26,854 nt of DNA from a virus (taxonomy: Duplodnaviria > Heunggongvirae > Uroviricota > Caudoviricetes): the IMG/VR virus record IMGVR_UViG_2737471839_000017, positions 1-26,854 of that record; one strand, written 5' to 3'. Of this stretch, positions 18,013 to 25,603 are shown piece after piece. Every line of letters begins with the position of its first letter. The first letter of the stretch is position 1. The notes beneath the pieces are model-generated. The model was not told where the DNA came from. It searched no databases and saw only the letters and a list, made by a program, of their open reading frames with translations. The position numbers were made by a program, and so were the translations under genes.

Positions 18013-18357
18013 TCAGAACTCTTCGATGTTCCAGCCACCACCTGCTTTCTTTGGTTTAACCGTTACCCCGATGATTCGGAACGGATACTGATCTGCGGCG
18101 ACTTTGGTTTTCACCCTGGCGTCGTCGGTCCAGAAACCTTTCACTTCGTGCAGTTCCATCTCTCCGGTGGCGAGCATCACAGCGAAATCTGGCGTATAGA
18201 ACGTGTTGTCAGCTAACCGCAGCTTGATACCCTCGAATCGATACCAGGCGATTTCCCCTGCACGTTTACGCAGCTCAAGGTGCTGGCAATACGCAGATTC
18301 TGTTTTGTTCATCTGGCCTGTTTTGAGTCGACCAAGAGCCTGTATCTGTTTTCTCAT
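18013..18357 (-). CDS. DUF1064-like phage protein (114 aa)
   Basis: First gene after a promoter/operator region; family recalled, not searched. Confidence 0.5.
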   Translation of the reverse strand: MRKQIQALGRLKTGQMNKTESAYCQHLELRKRAGEIAWYRFEGIKLRLADNTFYTPDFAVMLATGEMELHEVKGFWTDDARVKTKVAADQYPFRIIGVTVKPKKAGGGWNIEEF

Positions 18358-18374
18358 GATTTACCCTTGAGGTA

Positions 18375-18403
18375 ATTAAAAACCACATAAGACACGAAAT
18401 CAA
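18375..18403 (-). promoter_or_regulatory. Sigma70-like promoter for the accessory operon (-35 TTGATT, 17-nt spacer, -10 TTTAAT on the minus strand), with operator sites at 18361-18375 and 18424-18438
   Basis: Hexamers read on the minus strand; the perfect palindrome TTACCCTTGAGGTAA overlaps the predicted start site and contains the RBS. Confidence 0.45.
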
Positions 18404-18474
18404 TAGAGTTTAGAATGTTTTGTTACCCAACAGGTAACTATCGAGGCGTAAAAAAATGCGCTATCGCGCTGGTA

Positions 18475-19275
18475 TTACTTGATAAATCCTGCCGCCTTTC
18501 CTCGCCTGTATTCCTCCATCAGCCACTGCGCCGGTGTTATTCCCCCAAGGGTGGCGGCGTTAGGCATGCACCCGAAACTTCGCCCTGGTGGATGGTAAAC
18601 GTCTCTCCCTGTGTCCGGAGGTGTACTCATGGGTTCTGGCTTTGCCTGTATGCTGATCACCGGATCGGGTATCTGCTGCCCGGAATCCACCTTTTTCGCC
18701 CAATCATCGAGCAGCCTGCGTGCGTGTTTCTCAACCTCAATCTCGCTAAGCTGGCGCTGATACATTGCACGGCGGGTATCACATACGACCCAGTACATAA
18801 CCGGATGTCGCCACGGGAATCTTTCGGGACCACCAGGATATAAACTTTTTTCCTTGCTGTACCGGTGAAACTCCGCCATCACATCGTCAATGGTGACGCC
18901 AAGAACCATCTTGCTGTCTTTGCACCACTTGATAAATTGCCCTGGAGACGGCCAGAACGGAGATTCACTGGCGCGGGCGTGGCGCATACCAGCAGAAACC
19001 TGTTCACGGGTTCGGATCCCCCCTTCGGCAAACGCAGCAATCCACTGCTGTTTTGCAGCAACTTCCTGCTCTGGCGTCTTCAGGTTGGTTACCACTGCCG
19101 CCGGAAACAGTTGTTTCAGCTGTTTAAAAAGGGCATCAACAAGCCTCTCTGCTGACATGTTCACCACATTGTCATTGTTGACGTACTGATGCTCATAACC
19201 TGACATGCGAGAAAGGGCTTCTCCGTCACGGTTTTGTATCGCGGTAAAAACGTTGTTCACAAGAAATCCTCCCAT
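18475..19275 (-). CDS. Replication protein P-like (helicase loader), 266 aa
   Basis: Segment '...FPAAVVTNLKTPEQEVAAKQQWIAAFAEGGIRTREQVSAGMRHARASESPFWPSPGQFIKWC' parallels lambda P '...FPASLANRDQNEVNEIRRQWVLAFRENGITTMEQVNAGMRVARRQNRPFLPSPGQFVAWC' from memory. Confidence 0.75.
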   Translation of the reverse strand: MGGFLVNNVFTAIQNRDGEALSRMSGYEHQYVNNDNVVNMSAERLVDALFKQLKQLFPAAVVTNLKTPEQEVAAKQQWIAAFAEGGIRTREQVSAGMRHARASESPFWPSPGQFIKWCKDSKMVLGVTIDDVMAEFHRYSKEKSLYPGGPERFPWRHPVMYWVVCDTRRAMYQRQLSEIEVEKHARRLLDDWAKKVDSGQQIPDPVISIQAKPEPMSTPPDTGRDVYHPPGRSFGCMPNAATLGGITPAQWLMEEYRRGKAAGFIK

Positions 19276-20156
19276 GCTTCAGGGCTGTTCCAGTGCGGAA
19301 CGTTGTTATCAGGTAATGTTGATTGCTTCTGTCTGCTAATCTGCAGCCGCCTTGCCAGCTTCTGCTCCCACTGTGCCTGATGGTATGCCTTACCCTCAGC
19401 CATCCAGTAAATTCTGAACTCTGCAAGTTCCTGTGCCGTTGGCAGACTGTCCAGGTAGATCCCCTGCAATGAGCTTTTCCGAAGAAAGTCATCTGATGGC
19501 TGCCATTGTTCATGCATGACAAATTTGCCTAATTGCCCTGGCCCACCTGGAGGAACAAAGTTATTCATCACGGCGTTGTTTGCGCCGGGGTCATGGGGCA
19601 CGGAATCCCCGATTTTTGTCCTGCTCTCCCTCTCTTGGTTAAATGACTGGTTATATGACTGGTTCTGGATCCCGTTTTTGGGATCATTCAACATCCCGTT
19701 TTTGGGATCATTCAATATCCCGTTTTTGGGATCATTCAATATCCCGTTTTTGGGATCATTCAATATCCCGTTTTTGGGTATATTCCCGTTTTCGGGAACA
19801 TTACCGTTTTCGGGAACATTACCGTTTTCGGGTTCATTACCGTTTTCGGGTTCATTACCCCCTTCCCGTTTGCCTTTAATGTTCCCTTTTTTGGTTATAT
19901 TAAGAGAGAAAACCCGTACTCTTTTCGTCGCCCCCTTTCTCTCTCCGGTATCTGAAATAAGCCCCATTTTCATGAGCGATATAAGCCCGGCCTGCACGGT
20001 TTTTTTATTCAGGCAAGTGTCTTTAACGAGGCGTTCTATGCTGGGGTAGCAGAGGTTATATTCATCGGCTCTGTCAGCCATCGAGAGCAGTATGAGCTTT
20101 AATGATGAGCTACCTGGATCTGTCTCCCAGGCCCAATCTGTTGCATGTCTGCTCAT
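19257..20156 (-). CDS. Replication initiator O-like protein (299 aa) carrying the iteron-encoded peptide repeats
   Basis: Directly upstream of and overlapping the P-like gene; internal DNA iterons; RBS GGAG 9 nt upstream. Confidence 0.7.
   Translation of the reverse strand: MSRHATDWAWETDPGSSSLKLILLSMADRADEYNLCYPSIERLVKDTCLNKKTVQAGLISLMKMGLISDTGERKGATKRVRVFSLNITKKGNIKGKREGGNEPENGNEPENGNVPENGNVPENGNIPKNGILNDPKNGILNDPKNGILNDPKNGMLNDPKNGIQNQSYNQSFNQERESRTKIGDSVPHDPGANNAVMNNFVPPGGPGQLGKFVMHEQWQPSDDFLRKSSLQGIYLDSLPTAQELAEFRIYWMAEGKAYHQAQWEQKLARRLQISRQKQSTLPDNNVPHWNSPEAWEDFL
19670..19910. repeat. Origin of replication candidate: about 4.5 copies of a 24-bp iteron (ATCCCGTTTTTGGGATCATTCAAY), 4 copies of an 18-bp iteron (CCGTTTTCGGGWWCATTA), then an AT-rich stretch
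   Basis: Tandem direct repeats read in sequence; each unit contains a short inverted repeat (ATCCC/GGGAT or CCCG/CGGG); located inside the O-like gene as in lambda ori. Confidence 0.65.
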
Positions 20157-20171
20157 GATTAATCTCCGCTA

Positions 20172-20372
20172 TCAGCTTGAGTGTTGTGGGGAGGAATTAA
20201 TCATGATCTGCTTAATCTCTGCCCTGATGCGACGGTTTGATTCCATGGTGCACTCAACACAGTGTCCGTTGTAAACCCAGCGTTCACTGTCATGTCCGTG
20301 CTTACATGGTTTTCCGGTGTAGTAGCGTTTAAGTCCGCGCTTTGCGGCATCAATACGTGTAATGATTTCCAT
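20172..20372 (-). CDS. Small Cys/His-rich protein (about 66 aa; start at 20372, listed ORF extends to 20435)
   Basis: Motif CKHGH...CVEC; sits between the cro-side terminator and the O-like gene. Confidence 0.4.
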   Translation of the reverse strand: MEIITRIDAAKRGLKRYYTGKPCKHGHDSERWVYNGHCVECTMESNRRIRAEIKQIMINSSPQHSS

Positions 20373-20470
20373 GGTAAGCCCTGTTATTGGTATTGGGATT
20401 ACGGTTATTTTGTGCTGACACAAAAAAAAGATCAACCATATTTGGTTTTTTATTACCTTTGAGGTACGAA

Positions 20471-20501
20471 TAGATATGAAAAGACCGCCGGATGGCGGTC
20501 T
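20471..20501 (-). terminator. tR1-like terminator candidate downstream of the cro-like gene
   Basis: 8-bp stem AGACCGCC / GGCGGTCT with a 4-nt loop; moderately T-rich tail on the minus strand. Confidence 0.35.
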
Positions 20502-20522
20502 ACAGAGGGTTGTGGCTGGATA

Positions 20523-20753
20523 TCATGAGTAGAAGAAGTATGCCAGTTCTGCTTTTGAGCGCAGCCATTGTCTTGTTTTACAGGCTTTAAAAAGCCCATC
20601 CATCAATACCTTACCTGGCATTTTGCGCTTACCTGTTAAGTGAGTCTGGATATAGTGACTCGTCGTTCCGGCTTCCTGTGCGAAGGCTTCACGCTCATCC
20701 GGAGTAAGTGCAAGCCAGTGCTTTTTGAAATCGAAATGTCCGTTATCGCTCAT
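20523..20753 (-). CDS. Cro/CII-like small HTH regulator (76 aa)
   Basis: Divergent from the repressor candidate across an operator-rich intergenic region; HTH-like segment 'FAQEAGTTSHYIQTHLTGKR'. Confidence 0.5.
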   Translation of the reverse strand: MSDNGHFDFKKHWLALTPDEREAFAQEAGTTSHYIQTHLTGKRKMPGKVLMDGLFKACKTRQWLRSKAELAYFFYS

Positions 20754-20784
20754 AGCTATTGCCTGATATTTATTTCAGATAATA

Positions 20785-20891
20785 AATATTCACCTATAAG
20801 GTAACAAAAATCAAGGATAGTTACCCATGAGGTGCATTTACCTGTTGGGTAATATTGCTTTAAATTGAATCATCTTCTGATTCAGATATGA
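20785..20891. promoter_or_regulatory. Divergent promoter/operator region (OR-like): minus-strand promoter -35 TTGATT / -10 GAATAT (20785-20813), plus-strand -10 candidates TAATAT (20849-20854) or TATGAG (20886-20891), operator sites at 20820-20834 (imperfect) and 20837-20851 (perfect)
   Basis: Hexamers and palindromes read in sequence; also a GGTAAC...GTTACC inverted pair at 20799-20824. Confidence 0.45.
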
Positions 20892-20907
20892 GGCGATTTT
20901 CCAGAAA

Positions 20908-21492
20908 ATGAAAAGTATCCAGGACGTCCGCAGGCAAAATCTCAACGACTTGATCGACCGTGAATTCAATGGTGTTCAGACGCGGATGGCAGAAAAACTT
21001 GGAACTCAGGCAAATCTGGTAAACCGCTGGGCTCTTGGCAAGAAGGTTATCGGCGACCAGGTTGCGCGAAAAATTGAAGCTGTCGCCAATAAACCACGTA
21101 ACTGGCTTGATATCGATCGCTCGCTTTCTCAGGAGGGTTTTCAGCCTGTCGGACCAAGCGACATTGGTCAGCTGGCGGCTCACAACCTGGAACGCTGGAT
21201 GAGCGAAAGCCGCGACCTTTCAACACAGGGAAAACTTCACCGCGCATCCGGCGTCGCCCAGGTGACAATCAGCCGCCTGTTAAACAATGAGGTCAGCGTT
21301 TCCATTTCCACCCTGGAGAATGTTGCATCTGCATTCGGGCGTCACGGATATGAACTACTGATTCACCCGCACGACCCTGCAACTATCAACTATGACCGCT
21401 CGCGCTACGCATTGTTACCTGAAACCGAGAAAGCAAAGATCGAAAGTTACATTGAATTTGTCATCAACCAGAACGAAAAAAACAAACAATAA
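20908..21492 (+). CDS. Tandem-HTH (XRE-type) DNA-binding protein, maintenance-repressor candidate (194 aa)
   Basis: Two HTH-like segments ('QTRMAEKLGTQANLVNRW' and 'LHRASGVAQVTISRLLN'); no Shine-Dalgarno before the ATG; followed by a terminator; cI-equivalent position. Confidence 0.55.
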   Translation: MKSIQDVRRQNLNDLIDREFNGVQTRMAEKLGTQANLVNRWALGKKVIGDQVARKIEAVANKPRNWLDIDRSLSQEGFQPVGPSDIGQLAAHNLERWMSESRDLSTQGKLHRASGVAQVTISRLLNNEVSVSISTLENVASAFGRHGYELLIHPHDPATINYDRSRYALLPETEKAKIESYIEFVINQNEKNKQ

Positions 21493-21514
21493 AATCATAC
21501 TTTTCAGTAAGTAA

Positions 21515-21538
21515 GCCGCCTTCTGGCGGCTTTTTTAT
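21515..21538 (+). terminator. Intrinsic terminator after the repressor candidate
   Basis: GCCGCC-ttct-GGCGGC hairpin followed by TTTTTTATT. Confidence 0.6.
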
Positions 21539-21549
21539 TGCCTATACTA

Positions 21550-21626
21550 TTACCTAATGGGTAATTTTTTTAACTCATATCTATTGACATCAAACCAAAT
21601 ACGCATAATTATTACCTAAACGGTAA
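21550..21626 (+). promoter_or_regulatory. PL-like early-left promoter (-35 TTGACA 21584-21589, -10 TAATTA/AATTAT near 21606-21612) flanked by operator sites at 21550-21564 and 21612-21626
   Basis: Consensus -35, 16-17 nt spacer, AT-rich -10; two perfect TTACC-N5-GGTAA palindromes. Confidence 0.5.
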
Positions 21627-21645
21627 CAGACCGAGGTAACAAGTT

Positions 21646-21798
21646 ATGCAGTGGAAAATCATCAACGGTTGGTACTGCGTTACTGCATGCGGATTCATGA
21701 GCTGGAAGTTCCGCACCTTACAGGAAGGCATTAAGTGGGCTTTCGTCAGCAAAGAAGCTCGCGATGTAGCCAACGATAACGAGATATGGGAGGGCTGA
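21646..21798 (+). CDS. Small ORF (50 aa), first gene of the early-left operon
   Basis: RBS GAGGT 9 nt upstream; not in the ORF track because it is shorter than 60 aa; own translation. Confidence 0.35.
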   Translation: MQWKIINGWYCVTACGFMSWKFRTLQEGIKWAFVSKEARDVANDNEIWEG

Positions 21799-21800
21799 TA

Positions 21801-22100
21801 ATGAACGTTAATCAGCAGAAAAATCTTCAAAAAATCATGCTGGCATTCGACAAGGACTACCGCCTGTCAGAACAGCTATATGACCGACAAGTTGAACTGA
21901 TTGAGAGCATCCGACTTCATCAACTGTCTTCAACTTTCGACGTTGTAACAGGCAAAGGCGTTCGTCAGGAAGTACTGGAGGCTGCTAAAGACAGCCCTGA
22001 GTTCGAAGAACTGATGGATGCCTACCGTCGCGAGGCAATGGCAATTATCGCCCGCTGGGATCTGGCTGATCAGCTTGATGGGCAGAGGGACGCAGCATGA
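21801..22100 (+). CDS. Hypothetical early protein (about 100 aa; ATG at 21801)
   Basis: RBS GGAGGG upstream; coupled to the next gene. Confidence 0.5.
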   Translation: MNVNQQKNLQKIMLAFDKDYRLSEQLYDRQVELIESIRLHQLSSTFDVVTGKGVRQEVLEAAKDSPEFEELMDAYRREAMAIIARWDLADQLDGQRDAA

Positions 22101-22303
22101 AACCAACACTCCTCTCATTGCTGCGAGGTGGAAAACACAGCATCCGAGATATGGCAAAGATTCTTGGTATCTCAAGATCGAAGGTTTCTTGGTTCATCGC
22201 TGAGCTTGAACGTCGCAAATGGGTAGAGGTAACCAGGAGCGCAATATATTTCCACGATGGAACCCGTTCCAACAAGCAGAACGAATACAAGGTTAAGTTA
22301 TGA
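22097..22303 (+). CDS. Small putative HTH DNA-binding protein (68 aa)
   Basis: RBS AGAGGGA; segment 'IRDMAKILGISRSKVSWFIAELE'. Confidence 0.5.
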   Translation: MKPTLLSLLRGGKHSIRDMAKILGISRSKVSWFIAELERRKWVEVTRSAIYFHDGTRSNKQNEYKVKL

Positions 22304-23121
22304 ATACTGGCATCTATTTCGACATCAGCAATGAGGACTACCACGCCGGTGACGGCGTGAGTAAGTCGCAGCTAGATATGGTGGCTAAGAACCCTGCCCT
22401 TCTGAAATGGGTGAAGGCTGCTCCGGAAGACGAAGAGAAAAAGTCTGCACTGGATATGGGAACCGCATTGCACTGTCTGCTTCTGGAGCCTGGAGAGTTC
22501 GACAAACGCTTCATTGTTTCACCGAAATTCGATCGTCGGACGAAACAAGGTAAAGCTGACGAAGAGGCATTTCTTCGTGATGTGACGGATATGGGGATTA
22601 CGGTACTTGATGCCGAGCAGTGGCGGAAACTGGAGCTGATGCGTGATAGCGCAATGGCTCACCCGGCGGCACGCTGGATGCTGGAAGCACCTGGTTACTG
22701 CGAAGCATCAATGTACTGGAACGATGAAGATACTGGTGAGTTGTGCCGCATTCGTCCAGACAAATGGCTGAACGAGCACAACGTGATCGTCGACGTGAAA
22801 AAGGTTGCAGATATGGACCGTTTTGCACGCCACATCGAGGAATTCCGCTACCACGTGCAGGACGCAATGTACCGCGAAGGCGCAATGAGGGTTACTGGTC
22901 AGCCGCATGGTTTTTTCTTTCTTGCCGTGAGCGAAAGCATTGATTGTGGTCGGTATCCGGTACGCGTGTTCGAGCTGGATGCGCAGGATGTCGATGCCGG
23001 GCACGCTCTGTTCCGCCGGGATCTGAATACCTATCACGAATGCCGCATCAATGATGAATGGGGCGGTGTGGAAATCATTAAACGCCCTGAGTGGGCACGC
23101 AAACAGGATATGTACATATGA
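22300..23121 (+). CDS. RecE-like exonuclease (PD-(D/E)XK nuclease domain), 273 aa
   Basis: N-terminal 'YFDISNEDYHAGDGVSKSQLD' resembles the RecE C-terminal nuclease domain from memory; immediately upstream of and coupled to the annealing-protein gene. Confidence 0.6.
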   Translation: MNTGIYFDISNEDYHAGDGVSKSQLDMVAKNPALLKWVKAAPEDEEKKSALDMGTALHCLLLEPGEFDKRFIVSPKFDRRTKQGKADEEAFLRDVTDMGITVLDAEQWRKLELMRDSAMAHPAARWMLEAPGYCEASMYWNDEDTGELCRIRPDKWLNEHNVIVDVKKVADMDRFARHIEEFRYHVQDAMYREGAMRVTGQPHGFFFLAVSESIDCGRYPVRVFELDAQDVDAGHALFRRDLNTYHECRINDEWGGVEIIKRPEWARKQDMYI

Positions 23122-24059
23122 GCAACGACATCGCAAACATCAACGCACCAGTAGACACAGCAATCGCTGGAACTGCTGCAACTATTTTCAGCCCAGACGG
23201 CTTGAACCAACTGATGAAATTCGCCGAGGTAATGGCGCAAAGCCGCGTAACGGTACCGGCGCACCTCGCCGGGAAACCAGCTGATTGCATGGCCGTGGCA
23301 ATGCAGGCTGCGCAGTGGGGAATGAACCCGTTTGCCGTGGCTCAGAAAACCCATGTTGTGAACGGCACGCTAGGTTATGAAGCCCAATTAGTAAACGCAG
23401 TTATCTCAACGATGTCGCCAACAAAAGATCGCATCAACTACGAGTGGTTCGGGCCGTGGGAACGCGTGATCGGTAAGTTTGTTGAGAAAACATCCAAAAA
23501 CGGCAATCCATATATCGCACCAGGCTGGACTCTAAAAGACGAAGAAGGCTGCGGTGTTCGCGTATGGGCAACCATGAAGGGCGAGGATCAACCTCGAGTG
23601 CTTGAGTTAATGCTATCTCAAGCACAGGTAAGAAACTCCACACTTTGGGCCAGTGATCCGAAACAACAACTCGCATACCTTGCGACAAAACGCTGGTCTC
23701 GCTTGCACTGTCCTGACGTAATCATGGGCGTCTACACACCAGACGAATTACAGGAAACGGCACCGCGCGTTGAGCGAGACATTACTCCGCAAACGACCAC
23801 TGCTGCGGGAATGAACAGTCTGATCAACGCTAAACCAGCGAAAAAGCCTGATGAGCAAACGCGTAAAGCGGATAGCCGTGATCCAGAAGAAATGCTGATG
23901 GCCTTTACCAGCGCAGCGATGAATTACAGCTCTGTCTCCGAACTGGATAAGGCTTACAAATACATTGCACAAAAACTTTCAGATGATGACGAACTGCTGG
24001 CAAAAGCCACCGACGTTTACAGCGTTCGTCGGGAAGAATTAAACGAAACATCTATGTAA
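23118..24059 (+). CDS. RecT/Red-beta family single-strand annealing protein (start ATG 23118; GTG 23091 alternative)
   Basis: Shares an 'ERDITP' motif and neighbouring similarity with lambda Bet as recalled; ATGA coupling to the exonuclease. Confidence 0.65.
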   Translation: MSNDIANINAPVDTAIAGTAATIFSPDGLNQLMKFAEVMAQSRVTVPAHLAGKPADCMAVAMQAAQWGMNPFAVAQKTHVVNGTLGYEAQLVNAVISTMSPTKDRINYEWFGPWERVIGKFVEKTSKNGNPYIAPGWTLKDEEGCGVRVWATMKGEDQPRVLELMLSQAQVRNSTLWASDPKQQLAYLATKRWSRLHCPDVIMGVYTPDELQETAPRVERDITPQTTTAAGMNSLINAKPAKKPDEQTRKADSRDPEEMLMAFTSAAMNYSSVSELDKAYKYIAQKLSDDDELLAKATDVYSVRREELNETSM

Positions 24060-24108
24060 CCACCACTGCGGCGCCACGCGCGCCGCACTGCAACCAAGAG
24101 AGGTATTT

Positions 24109-24357
24109 ATGAAAGGTGCATTAGGTAAGAAGGAACTCCTAGCGGTGGTGCCATTGTCATGGAGCACTATCGACCGTATGGAGCGCGCAGGGGAATTTCC
24201 TAAACGCTGGTATATCACCGATAAACGCTGCGCATGGAACCGTGATGAAGTTGAGCGTTGGCTTGATGAACGTCAGGCAGCAAGCCCGGCAGAGTTCCAG
24301 GGTAAAAAACCTCCTGTTCAGCAACGTGTATATCGTCCTGTGAGCAACGCTGCATGA
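24109..24357 (+). CDS. alpA: AlpA-family phage regulatory protein (82 aa)
   Basis: Characteristic 'LSWSTIDRMERAGEFPKR' segment of AlpA-type HTH proteins (recalled). Confidence 0.7.
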   Translation: MKGALGKKELLAVVPLSWSTIDRMERAGEFPKRWYITDKRCAWNRDEVERWLDERQAASPAEFQGKKPPVQQRVYRPVSNAA

Positions 24358-24470
24358 GTGCGCTGCTATGGCACTGGAGCAAATGGTCAGGATGGTACTT
24401 ATTCCTGGCCTCTGTTTCAGCATGGCTTTATCTGCTGGCATTAATTTTCAGAGAGGGTTGGATTAAGTGA
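24354..24470 (+). CDS. Small hydrophobic Trp-rich peptide (38 aa, MSALLWHWSKWSGWYLFLASVSAWLYLLALIFREGWIK), putative single-pass membrane peptide
   Basis: ATG overlaps the alpA stop (ATGA); its stop overlaps the GTG start of the next gene (GTGA); own translation, below the ORF-track size cut-off. Confidence 0.3.
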   Translation: MSALLWHWSKWSGWYLFLASVSAWLYLLALIFREGWIK

Positions 24471-24766
24471 GAAAGTTAAGCCGACTTGAAAAATATCACA
24501 TGAACAAGGTTTCAATGCGCAGCCATTCAAAGGTTGTTGCCGTTACTCCTGCGGCGATAGAGATCGAAAAACGCGCGATTGAAAGAGAGAAAAAAGGGCA
24601 GTTCCGCATTGCCGCCCACCTTTGGCTTCAGTGTATGGATGTTGCTTCTGGTGATATTGAGCGTGCAAGGATCGCGGTTCGCAGGGACCAATGTATCACA
24701 AAAGGTAACGGCCTTCGCCGTGGCGACTATAGCGGTATAGGATGTTGCGGGGTGGTTTATGACTAA
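24467..24766 (+). CDS. PerC-like transcriptional activator candidate (99 aa, GTG start)
   Basis: Segment 'AIEREKKGQFRIAAHLWLQCMD...RARIAVRRDQCI' matches the PerC/Pch pattern from memory; RBS GAGAGGG. Confidence 0.5.
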   Translation: MRKLSRLEKYHMNKVSMRSHSKVVAVTPAAIEIEKRAIEREKKGQFRIAAHLWLQCMDVASGDIERARIAVRRDQCITKGNGLRRGDYSGIGCCGVVYD

Positions 24767-25409
24767 GAAATACACACTAATCTATGCAGATCCACCCTGG
24801 GTATACCGGGACAAAGCCGCAGATGGTAATCGCGGTGCCGGTTTTAAATATCCGGTTATGAGTGTGCTGGATATCTGCCGCCTTCCTGTGTGGGATTTGA
24901 CCGCTGAAAACTGTCTGTTGGCCATGTGGTGGGTGCCAACACAACCACTCGAAGCGCTAAAAGTTGTTGAAGCCTGGGGATTCCGTCTGATGACCATGAA
25001 GGGCTTCACGTGGATAAAATGTGGTAGTCGACAACCAGATAAACTGGTTATGGGTATGGGGCACATGACTCGCGCCAATAGTGAAGATTGCCTGTTTGCG
25101 GTAAAGGGAAAACTACCTACACGCATTAATGCAGGGATCGTTCAGTCATTTACCGCACCGCGGCTTGAACACTCAAGAAAACCAGATGTCGTTCGTGAAA
25201 AACTTGTGCAATTGTTAGGCGATGTTTCTCGCATTGAACTGTTCGCCCGCCAGTCGTCTCATGGCTTCGATGTTTGGGGTAATCAGTGCGAAGACCCGGC
25301 AGTGCAACTACACCCTGGATACGCGTTGGATATTGCCAGATTAACAAATGCATTCAGCAATGCTCCGCTGTCACCAACAGACAACCAGGGGCGGGAGCGT
25401 GCAGCATGA
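24759..25409 (+). CDS. MT-A70-family DNA N6-adenine methyltransferase (216 aa)
   Basis: Catalytic DPPW motif near the N-terminus ('LIYADPPWVY'). Confidence 0.8.
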   Translation: MTKKYTLIYADPPWVYRDKAADGNRGAGFKYPVMSVLDICRLPVWDLTAENCLLAMWWVPTQPLEALKVVEAWGFRLMTMKGFTWIKCGSRQPDKLVMGMGHMTRANSEDCLFAVKGKLPTRINAGIVQSFTAPRLEHSRKPDVVREKLVQLLGDVSRIELFARQSSHGFDVWGNQCEDPAVQLHPGYALDIARLTNAFSNAPLSPTDNQGRERAA

Positions 25410-25600
25410 ACAGGGCATCACCAGCAGATTTAAGGAAATGCCTTGAAACTGCAAACATGCTTGCACACAGCGGGATCAGGTTTGTTCCAGTTCCCGCTGT
25501 CACTGATGCTGAATTTGCAACGCTGTCAGCAATATTCGCAGACAAAATTGAATCACTGGCAGCAGAAGCCGAGATGGAAGAAAATCAGCAGAACTATTAA
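25406..25600 (+). CDS. Hypothetical small protein (65 aa)
   Basis: ATG overlaps the methyltransferase stop (ATGA); ends 3 nt from the convergent integrase stop. Confidence 0.45.
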   Translation: MNRASPADLRKCLETANMLAHSGIRFVPVPAVTDAEFATLSAIFADKIESLAAEAEMEENQQNY

Positions 25601-25603
25601 ACG

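Noticed and set aside
19670-19860. Tandem direct repeats that could be mistaken for a CRISPR array or a VNTR
   Set aside because: Units are contiguous with no unique spacers, lie inside a long ORF in frame, and match the iteron layout of a lambda-type origin.
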